In this document: piece by piece, positions 25,498-33,626 of the stretch | How the letters are laid out: every line of letters starts with the position of its first letter | Numbering within the stretch: position 1 is the stretch's first letter | DNA from: Candidatus Pacebacteria bacterium CG2_30_36_39 | GTDB taxonomy: Bacteria; Patescibacteriota; Microgenomatia; UBA1400; PJMF01 | Reading direction: 5' to 3' | Length of the DNA: 64,000 nucleotides | Assembly: GCA_001873435.1 (NCBI GenBank) | Contig: MNZB01000004.1 | Location: 307,004 to 371,003, forward strand | Notes under the pieces: model-generated | What the model was told of the DNA's origin: nothing | The model's input: the letters and a program-made list of their open reading frames with translations, nothing else | Database searches by the model: none | Position numbers and translations under genes: made by a program

Positions 25498-27228
25498 CTA
25501 GATTAGATTGGCTATAAAACCACCTAGTGTTTCTGCTGGTTTGTTAATTATTGGCATGGTTTTTTTGGGAAAACTAGGGTTTATAGGAGAGCTATTTTTA
25601 GTAGAACTAGCATAATTTGGTGGTGATTTGTAATTCATTTCGCAACTCAAGCACCAATCACATTCTCCAATCCAAGTATTTAATGATCCACATCTCACGC
25701 AACTTCCCATACTCCAATCTTTAGCTCTGTCTGATCCAATGTATTTAGCCAAATCTTTTCTAGATAAACTTGCAAAATCAAAACTTCCCCTTAATTTAAT
25801 TAATTGCTGAACGCTTCCAATTGGACTTAGGGCAACACATTCAATTAGTGAAGTATTGAATGCTTTGGTGGCTGATGAAAAATTAAGATTTTTTGCAAGA
25901 GAAAGAGCAAAAGCTTCTTCACCTAAATTACCATATTTTTTGAAGTGTTCAAAAATTGAAACGCGTTTTTTACTTGATATTTTTTTGACATCCAGTATTC
26001 CAGCTAAAACAACTCTTTTAATAAATATTCCCAATTTGTTAACAGTATTAGTTTCCAGGTTTGGGTCGTTTTTTAATTCGTCTGAAAAAGTATCTAATAC
26101 TAATTCAGCATATTCCTTGAGAGCTGGTTCCATTTTTTCTATTTTTTTACGAGTGATTTTTTGTCTTATTTTTTTAAAGAATTTATTTTCTGGGAAAATT
26201 TCCAAAAATGTGTCAGAGGCAGTTTTTTCTTGAAAATTATTTGGTAAAGTTATTAGCTGTTCCATTACAAATTTTTCTTTGGCTTTGAAATCTAAATCAC
26301 TAAAGTTTTCAGGAACAGATATCCCTAATTTGGTAAATAGTTTTTTATGATCTGACCAATCTCTTGGCGCCATGTGTTGATCATGTAAAAGAATAAAGCG
26401 GTTTAGACTGGGAATAAATATTGGTTGAGCAATTACCATGACGCTTAGGTTGCCTTCATGTACTTCTGATTGTGGCATTAGATAGAGGTATTTTGGGCCA
26501 ATAGTAATTGGTTCTATTTGTTCAGTTAAACCCATTTTTCTTCTAACTTCAGGGCGAATAAATTGAAAAGAATCGGTTGGTGATAAGGTTTTCCAGCCTT
26601 TATTTTCCAGGATTTTTTGAGTTTTATTTTCTGGATTTCTGTTTGTTTTGACTTCTTTTTTATCTTCACTTATTAAAGCTATCCAGGCGTGTGGGGATTG
26701 ATTGAATAAGTCTCTGATGTTTAAAAGTAGCTGTTCTATTTGTTGTTTTTCCAATAAATAACGGTCTTTTTCTGCTTGATTGATGACTAAGGATTGAACA
26801 GCATCTTCACAGATTTGAAGTAAGTCTGGCCTGAGTTTGTATACATCGTCATAGAGAGCAATTTCCCCGGATTCTTTTTGAGCGATGTCATAGGCTAGGT
26901 GAGTAATTGGCAGTCTTTGGGTTTCAGATAATATGGAGCGAAAAAAATAGATTAGTAGATCGATTTGTTGTTGGCGATTTTTTATTGGTAGAACTTCTTT
27001 GATTAAAAAATTTAATATGACAATGATCTTGTCTTGTTCTGGGTTGGGGATTTCTTTGGTTGTTAAGTTTTCAGTTTCTGGTTTTTCCAACCTAGAAAGA
27101 TCGCTTAATTCATTGACTAAAGAAGCCGAAAAAATACCTCCTGTGTCAATAGAGCTTAATTCTTTAAAGCCAAATGTTGGTAAAAGTTGGTCGGTTGTGG
27201 TTGGTGTAAATGTTTGTTCTGATAACAC
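25498..27228 (-). CDS. Hypothetical protein with a C-terminal Cys4 zinc-ribbon. GTG start.
   Basis: 576 aa. ...CVRCGSLNTWIGECDWCLSCE. No other motif recognised. The start codon is GTG at 27228-27226. Confidence 0.35.
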   Translation of the reverse strand: MLSEQTFTPTTTDQLLPTFGFKELSSIDTGGIFSASLVNELSDLSRLEKPETENLTTKEIPNPEQDKIIVILNFLIKEVLPIKNRQQQIDLLIYFFRSILSETQRLPITHLAYDIAQKESGEIALYDDVYKLRPDLLQICEDAVQSLVINQAEKDRYLLEKQQIEQLLLNIRDLFNQSPHAWIALISEDKKEVKTNRNPENKTQKILENKGWKTLSPTDSFQFIRPEVRRKMGLTEQIEPITIGPKYLYLMPQSEVHEGNLSVMVIAQPIFIPSLNRFILLHDQHMAPRDWSDHKKLFTKLGISVPENFSDLDFKAKEKFVMEQLITLPNNFQEKTASDTFLEIFPENKFFKKIRQKITRKKIEKMEPALKEYAELVLDTFSDELKNDPNLETNTVNKLGIFIKRVVLAGILDVKKISSKKRVSIFEHFKKYGNLGEEAFALSLAKNLNFSSATKAFNTSLIECVALSPIGSVQQLIKLRGSFDFASLSRKDLAKYIGSDRAKDWSMGSCVRCGSLNTWIGECDWCLSCEMNYKSPPNYASSTKNSSPINPSFPKKTMPIINKPAETLGGFIANLI

Positions 27229-27440
27229 AAAAGCTCCTCGTTAGAGGAGCATCGGGTAAGACAATGAATATCCCGATGCTCGTCGGAAAAGTAATTTTAT
27301 TTGTTACTTTTCTTCTAGTTTTCCAGAGGAAAACTAGGTTACTCTGACCGGACTTGTCTTTGAAAAAGCTTCACCGTTGCGGCACAGTCCTCGAATTAAA
27401 CGAGACTTCCGAGTAATGGGGAAGTTATAGCATGCATGGG
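27229..27440 (-). ncRNA. GC-rich structured RNA element, either a small RNA or a cis-regulatory leader, ending in an intrinsic-terminator hairpin that abuts the downstream GTG start.
   Basis: About 50% GC in a roughly 33% GC genome. Multiple stable hairpins: CUAGUUUUCC-AGA-GGAAAACUAG, AUCGGG...CCCGAU, CUCG-AAUUAAA-CGAG. On the minus strand, GCUCCUC-UAAC-GAGGAGC plus UUUU lies immediately 5' of the GTG. The RNA class is unknown. Confidence 0.4.
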
Positions 27441-27511
27441 TGTTTATTGTCTACCAAACTAAAAATAGTTTTTTTTGAGATTTTTTTGAGTAAAAATGAT
27501 AGAATATAGTC

Positions 27512-30500
27512 ATGGTAGAAGCTGGAAAATTTGCTCCACTAAAAGAAGTTATTAAAAAAGTTGAAAAATACTTTTCGTTAAGTGAGCTTTTTATTTCTCT
27601 AGAAGGATTTCCCAAAGAACAAAACTTGGTCAAGATATTGACTAGTATTGAAGATCGTATCTTTGATGAAGATGGGGAATTAACTGATAGGGCTGATGAC
27701 GAGACATATATATTATTGGTTTCAAAAATTTGCAAAGAAGCGCTGGCTGTTTTTACTCAGATAGAAGAAACAGCTAGAAGAAATGCTGAAAAAGAAGCAA
27801 TGGCTGGTCTTACCGGAGCCAAATTTAAAATGGAAGCTATTGTTGGTATTAAGAAAACCACAAAAAATAAAGAGGTCATGGTTGTTGCAGATTTAATGAG
27901 AGGTGTAATTTATACATACCTAAATAAGTTGGCTGAAGAAGGATTGTTGACGACTGAAGATATGACTGAGCTAGGTTTTACAAAGAATGATGTTGATGTT
28001 ATTTCCAAAAATTTAATAGAAAAATCAAAAGAAGAAATGGATGCTTGGAAAAATGGTGAAGCAGAAGTTCAATTTCCAATACTAACTGAATTAAGAGATA
28101 TCATTCTAGAAACTCCAACAACAAAGGATGAAATATTGGATTTACAACAGAGGATAACTGATTTGAGTAGTGAAACAAAAAGCCAATTGGTGGCTGCAGG
28201 AGTTGTTGGTGATAAATATCAATTTATAGAAACTACATTTTTTGTTCCGGCTGAACAAAAAATGATGGAATTGACTAAAGAAAAGACAAGACTAGAAGAA
28301 GAAGAAGCATCTGAAGAAAAAAATAGAGAAACTCAAGAAGCTATTGCTGAGTTTCGATCAAAGACAGCTTTATTTGAAGCTGCAATTAAAAATATTCCCC
28401 TAGAGAGAAAAGATCTAACTACTATCTGGGAACCAAGATCACCAGGTAGTCCTGAATTAATTGAAAAACCATTTAATCCAATTGATCAAAAAGATAATAA
28501 GCGTTTTTCCAAACAATTAAAAGAATTGGAAAGAAGAAGAAATATTCTTTTGGAAGAAAAACAAAAATTAGAAAATGCTGATGCTTTTAAAAAAGCTGAT
28601 GCAGACAAACTTGGTTCTACTGAAATAAACAAGGTTATTGATGAGATGCTTCGTAGGTTTGAAGAGGTTTCTAGAAGAGTTAATTCATTAATTGAAGAAG
28701 CAAAAAAACCTCCCATTGAAGAAATGACTATTACCGACTTGGCAGACGAGTTGATTAGGGAAAGAAGAGATCCCTTTTTCTGGAAAGAATTTAAATCATC
28801 TGCGGTTGGTTCAGATAGAATTAATCAGGTAATTAATGCTTTCATTGGTGAGATTGGTAAAAGAAAAGAAAATGATCCAGAAGCTGAAATAAACAGAATT
28901 GTTCAAAAAGTAAGAGTACAGTTATCTACTTTAAGTAACGAACTACAACATGAGGATGAAAAGGCTTCTCGTGATAGAAGTAGATTATGGACAGAGGCAG
29001 CAAAAAGAATTTTAACTCGTAGAGAGTTACTTATTGCCACAACATATAACCCAAAATGGGGCAATCAAATAAGAGAAATGTTGGAGTGGGCTACTAGAAC
29101 TGCAGCATTAAATCCTGGGGAAGTTGTAGTGAAAAGGAATGGAAAATTAGTTGTTATTCCTACTGACGGGACAGTTGTAGTGGATGAGAATGGAGTGGTA
29201 AATAAGATTCCTAACCCTGTCAAAGATGGAAATGAGGGTTGGCCGGAATTAAAACCAGGTGAAAAAATATTATACTCATATGATCGATCAATGGACTACA
29301 ACGAGTTGGCTGGTGAAAATGGTTCTACTAATTTAACAAAAAAACTTAAAGAGAAGTTTAAAGATTACGCAGAAGACCCAGAGATGGCCTATGCAATGCA
29401 GTTTGCTTTTGATTTATTTGTATCTTTTGATTTGTTAACTATTTCTCTCGGAGAACTGCAAAAAAGAACCAGAACAAGAGCTCACAATGGTGCTGTTAAA
29501 GATAAAGATCGCATCATGTTCCATGATCCTTTGGCATCAGCAATCCATAGAGCCTATAGATATGGTGGAAATAAATATGACTGGTCATTGAGAATTCTTG
29601 TATTTTTTGAAAAATTTGGAAAAAGTGGCCAATTCCAATATGGTAAAGACAAATCAAAGGTAAGTAAAAAAGTTAGAGAGAGCAAACATTATCAAAGTGA
29701 TCATGAAAAAATCATTGAATTACAAGATATGTTGGTAGATCATCAAGATATTTTTTATGATGCAAGCGCTTTTGCTGGGAAAATTCCACTTCCCGGATTT
29801 TGTGAAACAGTTGGTATTAGTACCTATGACTTTTTAACCCTTCATGGACCAGAGGATACTCAAGGCACTGGTGGAAAGGGAGAAAAATTGTGGTTATTTG
29901 ATCATTTAATTGATTATCAAAATAGAACCATTCCTGGTAGCGAAAAGGATGCAGAAGATCCAGATGCTGTCGATTTGGCTTCTGATTTGGATGAAATTGA
30001 AGATTTGACAGAAGAAACAAAGGAAATTCTCAGGTCAATAAACCTAACAAATATATTCTTGTTAAAAGCACGTCGAGCAGACTTAATTGAGGATGAAATT
30101 TTCAAAAATTTAAGTGAAGATCAACAGAAAATAATTCTTAAAGCAACTGAGGAAGCAGTAAAAATTCCAGATGGAGAGAAAGTTGACAAGGCAGCAAGTA
30201 TAGAACTTTATGCATTGGCTGAGGAAAATGGCTTTGCTCAATTGCTTGAGTTAACTTTCAAAAAAATGGGGCCTGTAACTGAAGAGCACATTTTACGTAA
30301 AACAAAAGATGGCGGTAAAGGTGGATTGCTTGGAGAATGGTTGCAAACAGCTGGAAGAGCAAAGATGTTTCCATCAAGTCAACTTAGATTATTTTTAGCT
30401 CCCTTATTAACTAATTTTGTAATGAGACTTTTTCAAAATTTTGAAGGAAAAGGTAATGAGGCAGAAAGAGAAACTCTTTTCAAAGATGTTGTTGATGAAC

Positions 30501-30943
30501 TAAGAGACTCAATGGAAGCTGGTGGACTTTCTTCATATAAAAGAGAAGTTACTAGCGTAATCAATGCAATTTGTGAACGTCCAATTTATGAGGCTGTACC
30601 AAGAGATAAATCAAATCCATATGGAAGTTATGACATAGTTGAGACTGGGAACAAACAAAAACAATCCAAATCAATCCAACCTTACGAAAATTGGAGGTTA
30701 CATAAAAGAGATAATTATCTTAAAAAATGGTATCCACATGAGCATCATGGCGAGGCTCCTCCAGCCACAGTTCTCGGGTTGAGTGCAGAAGCAATAGTTC
30801 ATCCACTAAAAACCTTAAAAAAGAGTTTGAGGGGTAAAAATCCAGCGGAAGCTGAATTTTTGAAAATGATGGCTGGTGAAGAAGAAATTCCTGATTTAGT
30901 TGAGAGATCTGGCAGTTTAATTCAAACAAGCAGTGAAGAATAA
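27512..30943 (+). CDS. Large soluble E/K-rich coiled-coil protein of unknown function.
   Basis: 1143 aa. No TM and no signal peptide. Highly charged with long predicted coiled-coil stretches. Embedded in the T4SS-like locus. Confidence 0.35.
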   Translation: MVEAGKFAPLKEVIKKVEKYFSLSELFISLEGFPKEQNLVKILTSIEDRIFDEDGELTDRADDETYILLVSKICKEALAVFTQIEETARRNAEKEAMAGLTGAKFKMEAIVGIKKTTKNKEVMVVADLMRGVIYTYLNKLAEEGLLTTEDMTELGFTKNDVDVISKNLIEKSKEEMDAWKNGEAEVQFPILTELRDIILETPTTKDEILDLQQRITDLSSETKSQLVAAGVVGDKYQFIETTFFVPAEQKMMELTKEKTRLEEEEASEEKNRETQEAIAEFRSKTALFEAAIKNIPLERKDLTTIWEPRSPGSPELIEKPFNPIDQKDNKRFSKQLKELERRRNILLEEKQKLENADAFKKADADKLGSTEINKVIDEMLRRFEEVSRRVNSLIEEAKKPPIEEMTITDLADELIRERRDPFFWKEFKSSAVGSDRINQVINAFIGEIGKRKENDPEAEINRIVQKVRVQLSTLSNELQHEDEKASRDRSRLWTEAAKRILTRRELLIATTYNPKWGNQIREMLEWATRTAALNPGEVVVKRNGKLVVIPTDGTVVVDENGVVNKIPNPVKDGNEGWPELKPGEKILYSYDRSMDYNELAGENGSTNLTKKLKEKFKDYAEDPEMAYAMQFAFDLFVSFDLLTISLGELQKRTRTRAHNGAVKDKDRIMFHDPLASAIHRAYRYGGNKYDWSLRILVFFEKFGKSGQFQYGKDKSKVSKKVRESKHYQSDHEKIIELQDMLVDHQDIFYDASAFAGKIPLPGFCETVGISTYDFLTLHGPEDTQGTGGKGEKLWLFDHLIDYQNRTIPGSEKDAEDPDAVDLASDLDEIEDLTEETKEILRSINLTNIFLLKARRADLIEDEIFKNLSEDQQKIILKATEEAVKIPDGEKVDKAASIELYALAEENGFAQLLELTFKKMGPVTEEHILRKTKDGGKGGLLGEWLQTAGRAKMFPSSQLRLFLAPLLTNFVMRLFQNFEGKGNEAERETLFKDVVDELRDSMEAGGLSSYKREVTSVINAICERPIYEAVPRDKSNPYGSYDIVETGNKQKQSKSIQPYENWRLHKRDNYLKKWYPHEHHGEAPPATVLGLSAEAIVHPLKTLKKSLRGKNPAEAEFLKMMAGEEEIPDLVERSGSLIQTSSEE

Positions 30944-31007
30944 AAACAGTCAGCTTAATTAGTTTTTTTAGCGAAAAAAATCTTACTAGGCAATTAGAAT
31001 ATTTATA

Positions 31008-32732
31008 TTAGTCAACTGCTTTATCAGTTGCTCTTGGATGTGGCTTAGTAGTTCCGCCCTCTTTTTTATTAAGAAGTTTATCAAGTATTTTGGTTGAATC
31101 TTGAGGGTCAAATAAATTTCCACTTCTTGCTTGATCAAAAAATACACGACCCTTTTTGCCTGTTTCAACATCGCCGCTCCATCCTTGTAGAACTCCACCG
31201 GCTCTAATGTCTCGGCCATTCTCATCTTTCTCTCCAGTCTTAGCTCCTCGCCATAAGCTATCTGTAAGAAATGCTCTTGGGTTTTGTCTACCATACGACA
31301 TAATTCCAGCCTTTGCTGCACCTCCAACCGCACCAATTGCACCCGTTGCCAATGGCAAAGCAGGTTCTCCAGCTGCCATATTTTTAACAGCTTTAAAGGC
31401 CAAGGTTTCCCAAATACCACCATCAATTTTCATGGCTTTTTTCATTTCAACAATCAACTCTGGAATTACCAAAATAATACCTATGCCAACCAAAGTCATA
31501 ATAACTCCTCCGGACCCGCGACCAATTAAATATGGAGGTAAGAATCCACCACTATTAATATCTCCCTTGGTAAACAATTCATAGAGAATTAGAGAAAATA
31601 AAACCATTGGAAAAGCCATTAGGTTGCCAAAAACAATCTTTATCCAATAACCAAAATTACTTTTTCCTGGTAAAGCTCCCATCATTAATAAAACTGGAGC
31701 AACAACTATAGCAATAATTATGGTGATATAAATTTTGAGAAGATCAAAGAATAATTTGAATACGCCAATTAAAATAGCAACGGAGACGATTAAACCCAAT
31801 GTAAGACCCCCCAGCCATCCCAAAACATCTCCAACAGCGCCCGTATCAATGGCACCAGCAAAGCTCTTAACTGCTTCATTCATATTAGCAAAAGCACCAC
31901 TGCCATTAACTCCAGTTACCAAATCCCAGCCAATTTGTAAGAAGTTTTTACTAAGCAAATCAACACCACTATCTGGTCTGAATAAACCAATCATTAAATA
32001 CATAATTAAATACATCAAATCAATTAAAAATCCAGCGATGGCATAAGAAAAAGTGACGAAAATTAAAGAAACAATAATTCCAGGAATAGCTTGTTGAGCC
32101 GTAACCACGGTTTGTCCACCAAGATTTTGACGGAACATGATCATAAAACCAATAACCAGGAAAATTACTACAAAAAAGAAATAAGCAATGTTGCGGAACA
32201 CTTTCCAAGCCTCAAGTACTGGATCAAGTGAAGAGAAGCCCAATCCCTGAGCATGTGCTTGAGGAATAATATGAGCATCTTCCAATAAAGTGGCCACATA
32301 GGTAACTCCAGAGGCTGGAGGATTATAAAGCATGGCCAAAGCTTGAGTTGTTTCACCAATCGCTCCGCGTCCATATTTAGCATAAACAATCTTTTTTTGT
32401 TCATCAGTCATTTTTTGCACAGTTGGAGAATTTTCTGGCACGCCATTTAATTTTAAATAAGCATCTGCCTCCCAAGCATTTGATGTTTCTGGAACAAAAG
32501 AATTGAGTGAGACAGCTCCTGTTTCATCGGCGGCAACCTGTGCCTCAAGAGTATTGCTGGTATTTTGTTCAATGCCAGTAACCTCCATAAACCACTGGAC
32601 TAAGTCAAGGGCTTTAACAGGTTTAGCAGTCAAAAAAGATGCTGTAATAAAGAAGGCTATGAGAATAATTAACCGGGTGAGGCTTTTCATTGCTTTTATA
32701 TTGTACGTCAAGAAAACAAAAAGCAAAACCAT
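31008..32732 (-). CDS. VirB6/TrbL-like polytopic membrane protein.
   Basis: 574 aa. Signal peptide MKSLTRLIILIAFFITASFLTA (the likely true start is this Met, about 32690), a periplasmic domain of about 150 aa, at least 6 TM helices, and a hydrophilic C-terminal tail. The architecture resembles the VirB6, TraL or PrgH class. Confidence 0.45.
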   Translation of the reverse strand: MVLLFVFLTYNIKAMKSLTRLIILIAFFITASFLTAKPVKALDLVQWFMEVTGIEQNTSNTLEAQVAADETGAVSLNSFVPETSNAWEADAYLKLNGVPENSPTVQKMTDEQKKIVYAKYGRGAIGETTQALAMLYNPPASGVTYVATLLEDAHIIPQAHAQGLGFSSLDPVLEAWKVFRNIAYFFFVVIFLVIGFMIMFRQNLGGQTVVTAQQAIPGIIVSLIFVTFSYAIAGFLIDLMYLIMYLMIGLFRPDSGVDLLSKNFLQIGWDLVTGVNGSGAFANMNEAVKSFAGAIDTGAVGDVLGWLGGLTLGLIVSVAILIGVFKLFFDLLKIYITIIIAIVVAPVLLMMGALPGKSNFGYWIKIVFGNLMAFPMVLFSLILYELFTKGDINSGGFLPPYLIGRGSGGVIMTLVGIGIILVIPELIVEMKKAMKIDGGIWETLAFKAVKNMAAGEPALPLATGAIGAVGGAAKAGIMSYGRQNPRAFLTDSLWRGAKTGEKDENGRDIRAGGVLQGWSGDVETGKKGRVFFDQARSGNLFDPQDSTKILDKLLNKKEGGTTKPHPRATDKAVD

Positions 32733-32787
32733 TAAAAGATTAATTAAATACTACAAAATAACTCATAAATGATCTATACTACTCATA

Positions 32788-33609
32788 ATGATCGCGCTAG
32801 AGCAAATAAATTCTCTAAAAGAATATTTTCAATCCGCTGAAACCATTGCGGTAATATTGGGTGCCAAACCTTCGGTTGATCAAATTGCTTTAGCTAGTGC
32901 TTTATTTGAAGGTTGTAAAAACCTTAATAAAGAAGTTGGCTTCTACGCTCCAAGAAAAATTCAAGACGAATACTTTTCTTCTCTCAACGAATTACAAACA
33001 GAACTAGGAAAACAAAACCTAGTAGTTTCATTTGACTATGATGAAACAGCTGTCGATAAAGTTAGTTATCATATTGGCGAAGATACCAAGAAATTTTATT
33101 TAACAGTGAAACCAAAAAGAGGTCAGAAACCCCTTGATGCCAAATCAGTTGAATTTTCTTATGCAGGAGCCGAATTTGATTTAGTATTTCTAATTGGAGT
33201 TCATGATCTAGACTCATTAGAGCAACTATATTATGGCTATGAATCTTTTTATGATAATACCTATGTAGTTACCCTACACAACTTTAAAACCGAAATAGGC
33301 ACAGCTCAACTGGACTTATCTGGGTTCAGTAGTCTTTGTGAAGGCTCAATGGCTTTACTTGAAAACATTGGCATTGAATTAACAGAATCAGTTGCGACCC
33401 CATTACTAATGGGATTAGATGCTGCTACTCAAAACCTTCAATCTTTTACTGCCACTGCCGATACATTTGATAATGTTGCCAAGCTTTTAAGAACCGGAGC
33501 AAGAAGAATTAAACGCAAAGAATCTCCATCTATTTCTATAAAAGAAGACAAAAAACTTGGTCGCCCAAGAAAAAAGAGAATTACTAAAATTGAAATTAGT
33601 AAATCTTAA
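32788..33609 (+). CDS. Hypothetical protein with a basic AT-hook-like C-terminus.
   Basis: 273 aa. C-terminal KKLGRPRKKRITK. No confident family assignment. Confidence 0.3.
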   Translation: MIALEQINSLKEYFQSAETIAVILGAKPSVDQIALASALFEGCKNLNKEVGFYAPRKIQDEYFSSLNELQTELGKQNLVVSFDYDETAVDKVSYHIGEDTKKFYLTVKPKRGQKPLDAKSVEFSYAGAEFDLVFLIGVHDLDSLEQLYYGYESFYDNTYVVTLHNFKTEIGTAQLDLSGFSSLCEGSMALLENIGIELTESVATPLLMGLDAATQNLQSFTATADTFDNVAKLLRTGARRIKRKESPSISIKEDKKLGRPRKKRITKIEISKS

Positions 33610-33626
33610 TTAATTTCCCAAAAAAA

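Noticed and set aside
27229-27440. RNase P RNA on the minus strand, suggested by an AAGUCCGG match at about 27338.
   Set aside because: The element is only about 210 nt, too short for RNase P RNA. No complementary CCGGCUUA strand and no S-domain motifs were seen. It is kept as an unclassified structured RNA instead.
27229-27440. tmRNA or SRP RNA at the GC-rich islet.
   Set aside because: No tRNA-like acceptor or T-arm (GGUUCGAAUCC), no tag reading frame, and no GGAA-tetraloop / AGCAGC domain IV signature.
31156-32404. Several plus-strand and minus-strand small ORFs within the VirB6-like gene.
   Set aside because: They are embedded in a 574-aa polytopic membrane protein ORF, with no independent signals.
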